Shown piece by piece: positions 43,016 through 52,163 of a stretch of 64,000 bases of DNA (position 1 is its first letter; every line of letters starts with the position of its first letter). The notes under the pieces are model-generated. The model searched no databases and had not been told where the DNA came from. It saw only the letters and a program-made list of their open reading frames with translations. This DNA comes from an uncultured Actinomycetes bacterium (lineage in GTDB: Bacteria > Actinomycetota > Thermoleophilia > Gaiellales > JAICJC01), in NCBI GenBank assembly GCA_963708725.1, contig CAVPTL010000008.1, positions 530,988 to 594,987 on the forward strand, in the 5' to 3' direction. The position numbers and the translations under genes were made by a program.

Positions 43016-44035
43016 ATGGTCGATGACGACGAGCTGATCGAGTTCGCCTCGATCGCAGCACCGACCGGCGACGAGGGTGCCCGCACCGAGTGGCTGGTGG
43101 CGCGGCTTGAGGGGCTTCCCGGTGAGCGGACGGTCGACGCCGCCGGGAATCTTGTGTGGCGGTTCGGGCCGGATCGGCCGCGGCTGCTGGTGATGGCGCA
43201 CCTCGACACGGTGTTCAAGGAGGGAGTCGACCTTGAGATCAGGCGCGAGGCGGGCGAGCTGGTCGGCCCCGGCGTCGGTGACAACGCGGCCGCCGTGATG
43301 GCGGTGGTGTGGGCGGTCGAGCAGATGGACGACGTGCCGGCGGGACTCGCGGTCGCGTTCACGGTGGGTGAGGAGGGTCTGGGGAACTTGCGCGGTGCCC
43401 GGGCAGCGTGTGCTGCGCTCGACCCTGAGGCCGTGATCGCGCTCGAGGGCCACGGTTTAGACGACGTCATCGTCGATCACGTCGGCAGCGTGCGCGTGCG
43501 CGTCACGGTGTCTGGCCCCGGAGGTCACTCGTGGTGGGATCGCGGCACGCCCAGCGCGTCGCACGCAATCGTGGAACTCGCGGCCGAGCTGGTTGACCGT
43601 GGTGCCAACATCGGCGTGATCGCGGCGGGTGATTCGGTCAACGCGATCGCCGCTCGCGGTGAGCTGTTGGCGGAGCGCCGATCGCTGGTCGAGGCCGAGC
43701 TCGACGAGTACACATCAGCGCTCGAGGCGCTGCGGGTCGATCCGCCGCTACAGCTGACCGTCGAGCCGGTGGGGCGGCGGCCCGCCGGCCGCACCGATCC
43801 TGACGGTGGCCTGGTCACCGCGCTGCGAGGTTTGCGGATGGGGCTTGGTCTGCCGGATCGGCTGGGCTCAGGGTCGACCGACGCCAATGCGGCGATCGCT
43901 GCCGGGATTCCGGCGGTCGCCCTGGGGTGCGCTCGCGGCTCGGGGATGCACTCCCTGGATGAGCGGATCGACCTGCGATCGCTCGAGTTCGGCTGCGTTC
44001 AGGTGCTCGAGGTCATGCGCGCGCTCGGCCGCTGA
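43016..44035 (+). CDS. M20-family metallopeptidase/deacylase
   Basis: …AHLDTVF…GVGDNAAAV…GEEGLGNLRG… are metal-ligand motifs of the ArgE/DapE/CPG2 family. Confidence 0.8.
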   Translation: MVDDDELIEFASIAAPTGDEGARTEWLVARLEGLPGERTVDAAGNLVWRFGPDRPRLLVMAHLDTVFKEGVDLEIRREAGELVGPGVGDNAAAVMAVVWAVEQMDDVPAGLAVAFTVGEEGLGNLRGARAACAALDPEAVIALEGHGLDDVIVDHVGSVRVRVTVSGPGGHSWWDRGTPSASHAIVELAAELVDRGANIGVIAAGDSVNAIAARGELLAERRSLVEAELDEYTSALEALRVDPPLQLTVEPVGRRPAGRTDPDGGLVTALRGLRMGLGLPDRLGSGSTDANAAIAAGIPAVALGCARGSGMHSLDERIDLRSLEFGCVQVLEVMRALGR

Positions 44036-45189
44036 ACGATGACCTCGACCTCCGCGGGGTGCTCGACTGACTCGTCATCCGCGGTGGGGGGAGTGCCGCG
44101 ATCGGAGAGCGAGATCACGAGCACGCATCCGGCGGCGGCGGCGAACGCCACCACCTTCCACAGCGGCGCCTCGGTGTTGGCATTGGCGAACACCCACGGC
44201 GTGAGCATCACGAGCCACACCGGTGACAGCCGCGGGCGACGCAGGCCCAGCGGCAAGAGCAGCAGCATGAAGTAGTTCAGCCACACGATCGGGGAGAGCG
44301 CCAACCCCGCCACGAGCGTTGCGGCGAACGCCTTGCGGTCGCCGTCGGGGGTGTCGCACAATCGCCAGGCTGCGAGACACAGCGCGCCCGCAGTGGCGAT
44401 CGCGAGCCATCGCCCGACGCCGGTGCCGATGCCGGCTCCGGCTGCGAGCGCCGTCAATGAGAAGCCTTTGTGTTGCTCGATCTGTGAGACCGCGCTCAGC
44501 AGGTGCGGGTAGCTGGTGAAGCCGTGAAAGCCGATCACCGCCCACGCGATGGCGGTTGTGGCGGCGGCAATCGCGACCGACAGGACGGCGGCGGCACGGC
44601 GGCCGGTAACCCACAGCCACACCACCAGCGGGGCGAGGAAAAGCTTGACCACGATCAGGGCCGCCAGCGCGGATGCGGCCACGTATCGGCGGTCGCGGTA
44701 GCGCCACGCCAGCGCAGCGCCGATCAAAAGCAGCGGGGTGAACGTCCCCATGACCACGCTTTGGAGCGTGGCCAGCGAGCAGAAGGCCAACGCATAGCAG
44801 CGCCAGTCACGCACGCCGACCAGCCGTAGCGCTCCGAATACCGCGGCGATGTTCAGGCCGATGAAGATCGTGGCTGCGACGCTCAGCGGCAGCAGCGCGA
44901 ATGGGACCATCGCGACCGCAGCGGGTGCCGGGTACACGAACTGGTTCTGGTTTCGGAGCGCCTCAGCGGTGATCGGCGGATACGGTGTGACCCCGTCCAG
45001 CACCTGCCGGCCGGCATGCCAGAAGATGTGGAAGTCGTAGAAGTTGCGCGGACCGTAGGCGAGGCCGATGGTGATGATGCCCAGGGCGATCGCCGGCACC
45101 GCGAGCGCTAAAAGCCACAGCAGAGCCACGGGGTCGGCGGGTGACCGTCTCCCGGTTCGGGCTCGAGATGTGGGGCTTTGTGACGACAA
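43999..45189 (-). CDS. polytopic membrane glycosyltransferase-like protein (DUF2029/GT87-like)
   Basis: Many TM helices and an N-terminal loop motif NFYDFHIFWHAGRQVLDGVTPYP, as in DUF2029 mannosyltransferases. TTG start. The 3' end overlaps the M20 gene by 37 nt. Confidence 0.65.
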   Translation of the reverse strand: MSSQSPTSRARTGRRSPADPVALLWLLALAVPAIALGIITIGLAYGPRNFYDFHIFWHAGRQVLDGVTPYPPITAEALRNQNQFVYPAPAAVAMVPFALLPLSVAATIFIGLNIAAVFGALRLVGVRDWRCYALAFCSLATLQSVVMGTFTPLLLIGAALAWRYRDRRYVAASALAALIVVKLFLAPLVVWLWVTGRRAAAVLSVAIAAATTAIAWAVIGFHGFTSYPHLLSAVSQIEQHKGFSLTALAAGAGIGTGVGRWLAIATAGALCLAAWRLCDTPDGDRKAFAATLVAGLALSPIVWLNYFMLLLLPLGLRRPRLSPVWLVMLTPWVFANANTEAPLWKVVAFAAAAGCVLVISLSDRGTPPTADDESVEHPAEVEVIVQRPSARMTSST

Positions 45190-45299
45190 CTGGGGTAGCG
45201 GACGTTTCCCCCGCTATCGGCAGGCCGGTCTCTCAAGGTGAGAGGATCGGGATCATCGTTATTTTCAGATTAATCCCTCATGTACTCGAGTATGTACGG

Positions 45300-45327
45300 T
45301 TGACGCCATAAAAACCGCTGCTATAAT
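45300..45327 (+). promoter_or_regulatory. near-consensus sigma-70/SigA-type promoter
   Basis: TTGACG (45300-45305), 16-nt spacer, TATAAT (45322-45327). The ATG at 45334 is 7 nt after the -10, so a leaderless mRNA is predicted. Confidence 0.65.
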
Positions 45328-45333
45328 CAGAGT

Positions 45334-45522
45334 ATGAGAACAATCTACAACATTCATTCAGTATCGCAGCACTCCCCAGCCCGTGAGACTGAGGAGCAGT
45401 ACTTCATCCGTCTGGCCAACGAGAAGCATCGCCAGCGGCGTGCCGAGCGGCGCGCTGAGAGGCGCGGCAACCTGGTTCGAAAGCTCGGCCTGCGGAAGCC
45501 CGACCGTCGCCCGGCCGCATAA
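45334..45522 (+). CDS. small basic protein (62 aa), unknown function
   Basis: MRTIYNIHSVSQHSPARETEEQYFIRLANEKHRQRRAERRAERRGNLVRKLGLRKPDRRPAA. Flanked by the strong promoter and a long hairpin. The 5' part has lower GC. Confidence 0.5.
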   Translation: MRTIYNIHSVSQHSPARETEEQYFIRLANEKHRQRRAERRAERRGNLVRKLGLRKPDRRPAA

Positions 45523-45551
45523 TCGTGGCTGACAAGGCGGCGTGTAACGTC

Positions 45552-45597
45552 GTCGAGCCCCCCGCCTGACATCTCCATCGTCAGCGGGGGGCTCGAC
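45552..45597. terminator. long GC-rich hairpin between convergent genes
   Basis: GTCGAGCCCCCCGCCTGAC[ATCTCCATC]GTCAGCGGGGGGCTCGAC: about 18 bp with one bulged C and only a weak U-tract (GTTTAA) on the plus strand. Confidence 0.6.
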
Positions 45598-45610
45598 CGT
45601 TTAAGCGCCT

Positions 45611-46957
45611 CTAGAGCCGCTCGAAGCCCCGGAACAACTCCCAGTCGGTGACTGCGGCGTCGTACATCGACTGTTCGGTGCGGGCGTAGTGGATGTAGTG
45701 CTCGACCACTTCCTCCCCGAACGCGGTTCGCGCCACCTCGGAGCCCTCCAGCAGGTCGGCGGCCTCATGCAGGGTCTCGGGTAGTCGCGGCTTTCCCGGC
45801 GCGTTGTAGGCGCTGCCGACGAACTCGTCCTCGAGTTCCAGTTCGTTGTCGATGCCGTGCAGGCCTGCGGCGATGATCGCCGCGAACGCCACGTACGGGT
45901 TGCAATCGGCGCCGGGCGAGCGGTTCTCCAAGCGCGCACTCTGCCCGTGTCCGACCACCCGCAGTGCGCAGGTACGGTTGTCAGTGCCCCACACCAGCGT
46001 CGTGGGTGCAAACGACCCGGCGGCGTAGCGTTTGTAGGAGTTGACGTTGGGCGCGAGGAAGGCCGTCAGCTCGCGGCCGACGGCGATCTGCCCGGCGACG
46101 AACTGGCGGCCCAGCGTGCTCAGTCCGTGGCCGTCGGCGGCGGGGAACAGGCTGCCACTCTCGTCCCACAGGCTGCAGTGGATGTGGCATGAGTTGCCCT
46201 CGCGTTCGTTGAACTTGGCCATGAACGTGAGCGCGTAGCCCTGCTGCCAGGCGATCTCTTTCGCCCCATTCTTGTAGACGGAGTGGTTGTCGGCCATCGT
46301 GAGCGCGTCCGAATACCGGAAGTTGACCTCGTGCTGGCCGAAGTTGCACTCGCCCTTCGCGTCCTCCACGGTGATTCCGGCGCCGGCCATGCCAAGCCGG
46401 ATCGGTCGCAGCACGTCTTCCACGGTGGTGGTGCCGAAGATCGAGTAGTCGACGTTGTATGCGTTGGCCGGTTCGAGGTCGTGATACCGCTTGGCCCGGG
46501 CCTGGTCATAGCTGTCGCGGAAGAGGATGAACTCGAGTTCGGAGCCCATGTTGGCGGTCCAGCCGCGCTCGGCCAGCCGCTCGAGCTGGCGCCGCAGGAT
46601 CTGGCGTGGTGAGGCGACGACCGGCTGGCCGTCCTGCCACTCGAGGTCGGCGATCACCAGCGCGGTCTTCTCGAGCCACGGCACTCGTCGCAGGGTTGCG
46701 AAGTCCGGCTTGAACACGAAGTCGCCGTAGCCGCTGTCCCACGAGCCCATTCGGTATCCCTGCACCGTGTTCATGTCGACGTCGACGGTCAGCAGGTAGT
46801 AGCAGCCCTCCGCGCCGTGGCGAGCGACCTCGTCCACGAAGAACGAGCCGTGCACGCGTTTGCCCATCAGCCGGCCCTGCATGTCGGTCAAGACCAGCAG
46901 TACCGTGTCGATGGCCCCCGACCGGACGTCTGTTTCCAGTTCCTTCAGCGTGAGCAT
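45611..46957 (-). CDS. glutamine-synthetase-family gamma-glutamyl-(poly)amine ligase (GlnA3/PuuA-like)
   Basis: GS fold motifs (…GSELEFILF…, EGNSCHIHCSLW, …NSYKRY…). ATG 46957 (MLTLKEL) is preceded by GAGGGAG. Neighbours are puuD-like and aldehyde dehydrogenase genes. Confidence 0.8.
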   Translation of the reverse strand: MLTLKELETDVRSGAIDTVLLVLTDMQGRLMGKRVHGSFFVDEVARHGAEGCYYLLTVDVDMNTVQGYRMGSWDSGYGDFVFKPDFATLRRVPWLEKTALVIADLEWQDGQPVVASPRQILRRQLERLAERGWTANMGSELEFILFRDSYDQARAKRYHDLEPANAYNVDYSIFGTTTVEDVLRPIRLGMAGAGITVEDAKGECNFGQHEVNFRYSDALTMADNHSVYKNGAKEIAWQQGYALTFMAKFNEREGNSCHIHCSLWDESGSLFPAADGHGLSTLGRQFVAGQIAVGRELTAFLAPNVNSYKRYAAGSFAPTTLVWGTDNRTCALRVVGHGQSARLENRSPGADCNPYVAFAAIIAAGLHGIDNELELEDEFVGSAYNAPGKPRLPETLHEAADLLEGSEVARTAFGEEVVEHYIHYARTEQSMYDAAVTDWELFRGFERL

Positions 46958-47009
46958 CCGGCACTCCCTCGATCGTGGATGTGTCGGTGATTCATATACT
47001 GCTGGCGGT

Positions 47010-47738
47010 ATGGACCGCAACCGACCGCTGATCGGGGTCACCGCCTACGAGGTGCCGGCGTCGTTTGGTCATTGGACCGACGTGCAGACGGTGATGGTGC
47101 CGAGCACCTACACCCGGTCGGTACTGCGCGCGGGCGGGCTACCGGTGGCAATCCCACCGATGGAGGGCGTCGAGCAGGTGCTGGACGTGCTCGACGGGAT
47201 CGTGTTCACGGGCGGCTCGGACATCGATCCAGAGGTCTACGGGCAGGCGGCCCATCCCGAGACCGCCGGCCTCTACCGACATCGCGACGACTCGGAGCTC
47301 GCGCTGATGCGAGCCGCACTCGAGCGAGCGCTGCCCATGCTCGCGATCTGTCGCGGGATGCAGCTGCTGAACGTCGTTCGCGGCGGCGATCTGCATCAAC
47401 ACCTGGGCGATGTCCTCCCGGACGCTGCGATTCACCGCGGCACGCCGGGGCGGTTCGCCGAGCACACCGTCCGCGTCGAGCAGGGCACGACGCTCGCGTC
47501 GCTGATCGGGTCAGAAACGTCGACCCACTCGTTTCATCATCAGGCGCCAAATCGGATCGGCGCGGGGCTGCGCGTCTCGGCCGTTGCCGATGATGGCTCT
47601 GTCGAGGCGATCGAGGATCCCAACATGCGCTTCACGGTCGGGGTGCTGTGGCATCCCGAGGAGAGTCCCGAGGGCGGGGCACCGCTTTTCCGGGAGTTGG
47701 TTTCGCGCGCACAAGATCGAAGGAGGGCGACGGCATGA
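47010..47738 (+). CDS. gamma-glutamyl-GABA hydrolase-like class-I amidotransferase (peptidase C26, PuuD-like)
   Basis: …GIVFTGGSDIDP… , …AICRGMQLLNV… (nucleophile Cys), …FHHQA… , …GVLWHPE…. Confidence 0.8.
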   Translation: MDRNRPLIGVTAYEVPASFGHWTDVQTVMVPSTYTRSVLRAGGLPVAIPPMEGVEQVLDVLDGIVFTGGSDIDPEVYGQAAHPETAGLYRHRDDSELALMRAALERALPMLAICRGMQLLNVVRGGDLHQHLGDVLPDAAIHRGTPGRFAEHTVRVEQGTTLASLIGSETSTHSFHHQAPNRIGAGLRVSAVADDGSVEAIEDPNMRFTVGVLWHPEESPEGGAPLFRELVSRAQDRRRATA

Positions 47739-49180
47739 GCACCATGGCAGTCGAGCAACTCGTGGTCGGAGGCGAGCGCGTGCCCGCCGCGGAAGGGCGG
47801 ACGTTCGAGGTCACCGACCCGTCGGTGGGAGTGGCGCTTGCCACCGTCGCCGAGGCCGGAGCCGAGGACGTCAACCGAGCGGTCGAAGCCGCTGCCCGGG
47901 CGTACGAGACGTGGGGTGCGCTCTCACCGGTCACCCGCGGTCGTCACATGCACCGGTTTGCCAACGTCCTGGAGGAGCACGCCGAGGAACTCGCCCAGCT
48001 CGAGTCGCGCAATGTGGGGATGCCAATCTCGGACGCTCGCGGCCAGCTCGGCATGATCGTCGACGTGGTTCGCTACTACGCGGGCGCGGTCGACAAGTTC
48101 TTCGGGAACACGGTGCCGGTAGAACGCAACGGTGTCGCCATGACGTTTCGCGAGCCGATCGGTGTGGTCGGCCTGATCACTCCCTGGAACTTTCCGCTGA
48201 ACATCGCCAACTGGAAGGCCGCGCCCGCGATGGCTGCGGGCAACACCGTGGTCTTGAAGCCCGCGTCGCTGACCCCGCTGACGGCGCTTCGCTATGGCGA
48301 GCTGGCGCTTGAGGCCGGCATCCCCGACGGTGTGCTGAACGTGATTCCCGGGCCAGGATCGAAGGTCGGTAACACACTCGTGGAGCATCCACTGGTCGGA
48401 AAGATCGGCTTCACCGGTTCGACCGAGGTTGGCGCCGAGATCGCCCGCCGGGCGGCCGGCACCATCAAGCGCGTCACCCTGGAGTTGGGCGGCAAGTCGG
48501 CCTGCGTCGTCTTCGCCGATGCCGATCTCGAGAAGGTCGGCGCGCTGGCGCCATTCGCCGTGTTCGAGAACTGTGGCCAGGATTGCTGCGCCCGTTCCCG
48601 GCTGCTGGTCGAGGAGTCGGTCAAGGACGAGGTGGTCGAGCGCTACGCGGCCACCACCGCCGCGATCCGGGTGGGAATGCCTTCCGACCCCGAGACCCAG
48701 GTCGGGCCGATGATCTCGGCCGGCCAGCGTGACACCGTCGAGGGCTACATCGCTCGTGGCGTCGATGAGGGCGCCCGGATCGTGACCGGTGGGGAGCGGC
48801 CGGGAGGCGCGCTCGGGGCCGGCTACTTCCTACGACCGGCGGTGCTCGACGGCGCCACAAACGACATGGCCGTCGCGCGCGAGGAGATCTTCGGCCCGGT
48901 CGTTTCGGTGATCGGGTTCCGGGACGAGGCCGAGGCGATCCGCCTGGCCAACGACACCAGCTACGGGCTGTCGGGCTCGTTGTGGACGCGCGACGGCGCT
49001 CGCCAGCTGCGCGTCGCCCGAGCGCTGCGCACGGGTGTGCTCGGCGTGAACACCAACTCGAGCGTGTTCGTGCAGATGCCCTTCGGTGGCTACAAGCAGT
49101 CGGGTGTGGGCAAGGAGCTGGGGATGCACGCGCTCGAACACAACACCGAACTCAAGAGCGTGTTCATCTCGACCGAGTAG
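47735..49180 (+). CDS. NAD(P)-dependent aldehyde dehydrogenase
   Basis: …PWNFPL…, …FTGSTEVG…, ELGGKSA, …ENCGQDCCARSR… catalytic motifs. AGGAGGG upstream. ATGA overlap with the puuD-like gene. Confidence 0.9.
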   Translation: MSTMAVEQLVVGGERVPAAEGRTFEVTDPSVGVALATVAEAGAEDVNRAVEAAARAYETWGALSPVTRGRHMHRFANVLEEHAEELAQLESRNVGMPISDARGQLGMIVDVVRYYAGAVDKFFGNTVPVERNGVAMTFREPIGVVGLITPWNFPLNIANWKAAPAMAAGNTVVLKPASLTPLTALRYGELALEAGIPDGVLNVIPGPGSKVGNTLVEHPLVGKIGFTGSTEVGAEIARRAAGTIKRVTLELGGKSACVVFADADLEKVGALAPFAVFENCGQDCCARSRLLVEESVKDEVVERYAATTAAIRVGMPSDPETQVGPMISAGQRDTVEGYIARGVDEGARIVTGGERPGGALGAGYFLRPAVLDGATNDMAVAREEIFGPVVSVIGFRDEAEAIRLANDTSYGLSGSLWTRDGARQLRVARALRTGVLGVNTNSSVFVQMPFGGYKQSGVGKELGMHALEHNTELKSVFISTE

Positions 49181-49227
49181 TTGCCGCCGGCGCATCGAGG
49201 CTCTCGGTCATCCCTCCGGGTGGACGC

Positions 49228-50961
49228 TCAGTCGCCCTCTCCAGCGAGCGCGAGCTCGACGCCCTCCACCGACTCCACGTTGGTGATGTGCTCGGGCATG
49301 CCCTCGTCGTTCACGTACTTGCCGCCGCGCAGCCACGACGCTGCCGCTGCGATCAGGCACGCGACGATGGCAAAGTCGAAGGCGGCATGCAGGCCGTCGG
49401 AGAACGGCTTGGAGATCAGGCTTGGGAAAAAGGTGCGGCCGGTCAGATAGGTGGCCTGGCCGTGGGACAGGTTATGGATCACGTGCGGCCCCAGCAGCTC
49501 CTTGATCGGGTTGTAGCCAAGGAACGACGCGAACAGCACGCCCACGGGTGGCAGGTGCGAGATCCGAAGCGCGTCGGCTGCCGGCACTCCCTGCTTCACG
49601 AGGCCCGCGTACATCTCGCCCGGAAGCGTCCCGCTCAGGCCGACCACCATCAGGGTGAAGAAGATGCCGATCGAGAGCACCATTGCGGAGTTCTGGAAGG
49701 TCGCGGCCATACCGGAGCCGACGCCTCGGCGGTTGGCCGGCAGGCTGTTCATGATCCCGGTCTGGTTGGGCGCGGAGAACAGGCCCATCGCCAGCCCGAT
49801 CAGCAGCAGGAAGGTCGCAAACCACTCGTAGCGGAAGTTGACCGGCAGCAGCTCGAGCGCAAGGAACGATGCCGCCGCCATCAGCATCCCCCCGGTTGCA
49901 AACGGGCGTGCGCCAAACCGGTCGGACAGATATCCCGAGGTCGGGCCGGCAACCAGGAACCCGACGGTCAGCGGCAGCATGTAGATACCGGCCCAAAGCG
50001 GGGTCTGCTCGAAGCTATAGCCGTGCAGCGGCAGCCAGATTCCCTGGAGCCAGATGATCAGCATGAACATCAGCCCACCTCGCCCGAGGGATGCCAGGAA
50101 GCTCGCAATGCTGCCCGCCGTGAACGCGCGGATCCGAAACAGCCCGAGCCGGAACATCGGGTTCTCGACCCGCAGCTCGATCCACACGAATGCGCCGAGC
50201 AGGATCAGGCCGGTGATCAGCTCGGCCAGCACCTGGGGGTTCGTCCAGCCCATCACGTGCCCGCCGTAGGGCTGGATCGCGAGGGTGATCGAGACCAGCA
50301 CGAGGATCAGGCCCGCGCCGAAGGTGAGATTCCCCCACCAGTCGATCTTGGCCGGGTGGCGTTGACCCCTCTCCTCGAGCTTCCAGTACGACCAGATCGT
50401 GCCCAGCACCCCTGCCGGAACCGACACCAGAAATACGAGCCGCCATGAGATCGGCCCGAGGATGCCGCCCAGTACAAGCCCGATGAATGCGCCGGCGATC
50501 GCGGCCACGGCGTTGATCCCGAGTGCGAGGCCGCGCTCATCGTGCGGGAACGCGTCGGTGAGGATGGCTGAGGAGTTCCCGATCAGAAGCGCCCCGCCGA
50601 CACCCTGGCCGACCCGCATCGCGATCATCCACTTGGCGGCTGCGGTTCCCTCGAGCCAGGTCAGCGAGAGCAGGATCGAGCACAGCGTGAAGATCGCAAA
50701 CCCGATGTTGAACATCTTCACCCGGCCGTAGATGTCACCGATCCGGCCGAAGCTGACGACCAGTACGGCGGTCGACACCATGAAGCCCATCATCATCCAC
50801 AGCAGATAGATGGTGTTGCCCGGCTCCAGCGGGTTGAGGTTGATACCGCGGAAGATGTCGGGCAGGGCGATCAGGACGATCGACGAGTTGATGGTCGCCA
50901 TCAGCATGCCGATGGTGGTGTTGCTCAGGGCGATCCACTTGTAGCGATCGTTGTGACTCAC
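49228..50961 (-). CDS. MFS transporter, 14-TM DHA2 (EmrB/QacA) type
   Basis: N-terminal motif …ALSNTTIGMLMATINSSIVLIALP… and …GRIGDIYGR…, with about 14 hydrophobic segments. Confidence 0.85.
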   Translation of the reverse strand: MSHNDRYKWIALSNTTIGMLMATINSSIVLIALPDIFRGINLNPLEPGNTIYLLWMMMGFMVSTAVLVVSFGRIGDIYGRVKMFNIGFAIFTLCSILLSLTWLEGTAAAKWMIAMRVGQGVGGALLIGNSSAILTDAFPHDERGLALGINAVAAIAGAFIGLVLGGILGPISWRLVFLVSVPAGVLGTIWSYWKLEERGQRHPAKIDWWGNLTFGAGLILVLVSITLAIQPYGGHVMGWTNPQVLAELITGLILLGAFVWIELRVENPMFRLGLFRIRAFTAGSIASFLASLGRGGLMFMLIIWLQGIWLPLHGYSFEQTPLWAGIYMLPLTVGFLVAGPTSGYLSDRFGARPFATGGMLMAAASFLALELLPVNFRYEWFATFLLLIGLAMGLFSAPNQTGIMNSLPANRRGVGSGMAATFQNSAMVLSIGIFFTLMVVGLSGTLPGEMYAGLVKQGVPAADALRISHLPPVGVLFASFLGYNPIKELLGPHVIHNLSHGQATYLTGRTFFPSLISKPFSDGLHAAFDFAIVACLIAAAASWLRGGKYVNDEGMPEHITNVESVEGVELALAGEGD

Positions 50962-51422
50962 CCAGCCGCCTTGCTGGCACCGTTCAAGATCGAGCGCACG
51001 CGGCGGCGCGACGACACGAGCTCATCCTCGAGCTGTTCGAGTGCGGCTCGCCGGCTGCGCACGAGTTCGAGCTGGGTTTCGATGTGCTGAAGCGACTCGC
51101 CGGCGATCTCGAGCTGCTCATCCGCGTCGGGCTCGTCGCGAAACCAGCGCTCCCGCAGGCCCGCTCGGGCCTTGGCGGCGCTCGACCACGCCAGCAGCTC
51201 CTGGAGGGACAGTCCGAGCAGGTCGCGAACGCCGATCAACTCGCGCAGCTCGGCTTCGTCGGCCGAGTCGTACAGCCGGTGCGTACCCCGCTCGCGGCCG
51301 CGCTCGGGAAGCAGCCCCAGCTGCTCGTAGTAGCGGACTGTCCTGGGGGTGGCGCCAACCCTTCGGGCGAGTTCGCCGATCCGAAACGTCTCGGTGGTTG
51401 TGGTGTCCATACTCAAGTCCAT
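50958..51422 (-). CDS. MerR-family transcriptional regulator
   Basis: FRIGELARRVGATPRTVRYYEQLGLL helix-turn-helix and a coiled-coil C-terminus. ATGA-type overlap with the MFS gene. An alternative ATG lies at 51410. Confidence 0.85.
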   Translation of the reverse strand: MDLSMDTTTTETFRIGELARRVGATPRTVRYYEQLGLLPERGRERGTHRLYDSADEAELRELIGVRDLLGLSLQELLAWSSAAKARAGLRERWFRDEPDADEQLEIAGESLQHIETQLELVRSRRAALEQLEDELVSSRRRVRSILNGASKAAG

Positions 51423-51495
51423 AAACCTTACGTCTACGGAAGGTTATCACACGCTAACCGGGTGTACGGCGGGTGGTTTCTGTCATGATACTGAC

Positions 51496-52161
51496 GTGGA
51501 CGTTCGGTGGTACGGACAATCGGCCTTCACCCTCGACGGGCGCGAGACGCGCGTGACCATCGACCCGTTCGGGGATCTTCGCGCGAGGCTGGGAGCGACC
51601 CACCAGTTCGGCTACGACCCGGTGCCCGAGCACGAGGCACATCTGTTGCTGGTGACCCACGAACACCTCGACCACAATGCGGTCGAGGCTGTGACCGGTG
51701 ATCCCGTCGTGATCCGGTCAACCGCCGGGACGCACGAGAGTCCCGTCGGCGACGTGATCGGGATCAACTCCGAACACGACAACCAGGCGGGGACGAAACG
51801 CGGCCCCAACACGATCTTCGTGTTCACCCTGGACGGCATCAGGATCGCCCACTTCGGAGATTTCGGGCAGGACGGCCTGCGTCCCGAACAGATGGCTGCG
51901 CTGGGATCGCCCGACCTGATCTTTCTGCCGGTCGGCGACGGGCCGACAGTCGGGCCCGAGCAGGCCGAGGTCATCATCGGGCAGCTCGCCCCGCGATGGG
52001 TGGTGCCGATGCACTACCGCACGGAGCGCATCAACTTCCTCGAGCCGGTCGATCCCTTCGCGGCGCGGTTCGAGAACGTGCGGTGGCTCGACTCACCGCA
52101 GTTCACGATCGAGCGGGACGGCGCCCCCGGCCCCGAAATCGTGATCCCCGCCGCTCCCTGA
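51496..52161 (+). CDS. MBL-fold metal-dependent hydrolase
   Basis: VDVRWYGQSAF… and LLVTHEHLDH (HxHxDH). Start put at GTG 51496. The upstream part of the track ORF is antisense to the MerR gene. Confidence 0.7.
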   Translation: MDVRWYGQSAFTLDGRETRVTIDPFGDLRARLGATHQFGYDPVPEHEAHLLLVTHEHLDHNAVEAVTGDPVVIRSTAGTHESPVGDVIGINSEHDNQAGTKRGPNTIFVFTLDGIRIAHFGDFGQDGLRPEQMAALGSPDLIFLPVGDGPTVGPEQAEVIIGQLAPRWVVPMHYRTERINFLEPVDPFAARFENVRWLDSPQFTIERDGAPGPEIVIPAAP

Positions 52162-52163
52162 GC

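Noticed and set aside
48982-50448. 488-aa plus-strand ORF overlapping the aldehyde dehydrogenase end and the DHA2 MFS gene.
   Set aside because: It is antisense to a clean 14-TM transporter, and its composition is Arg/Gln/His/Asp-rich without motifs.
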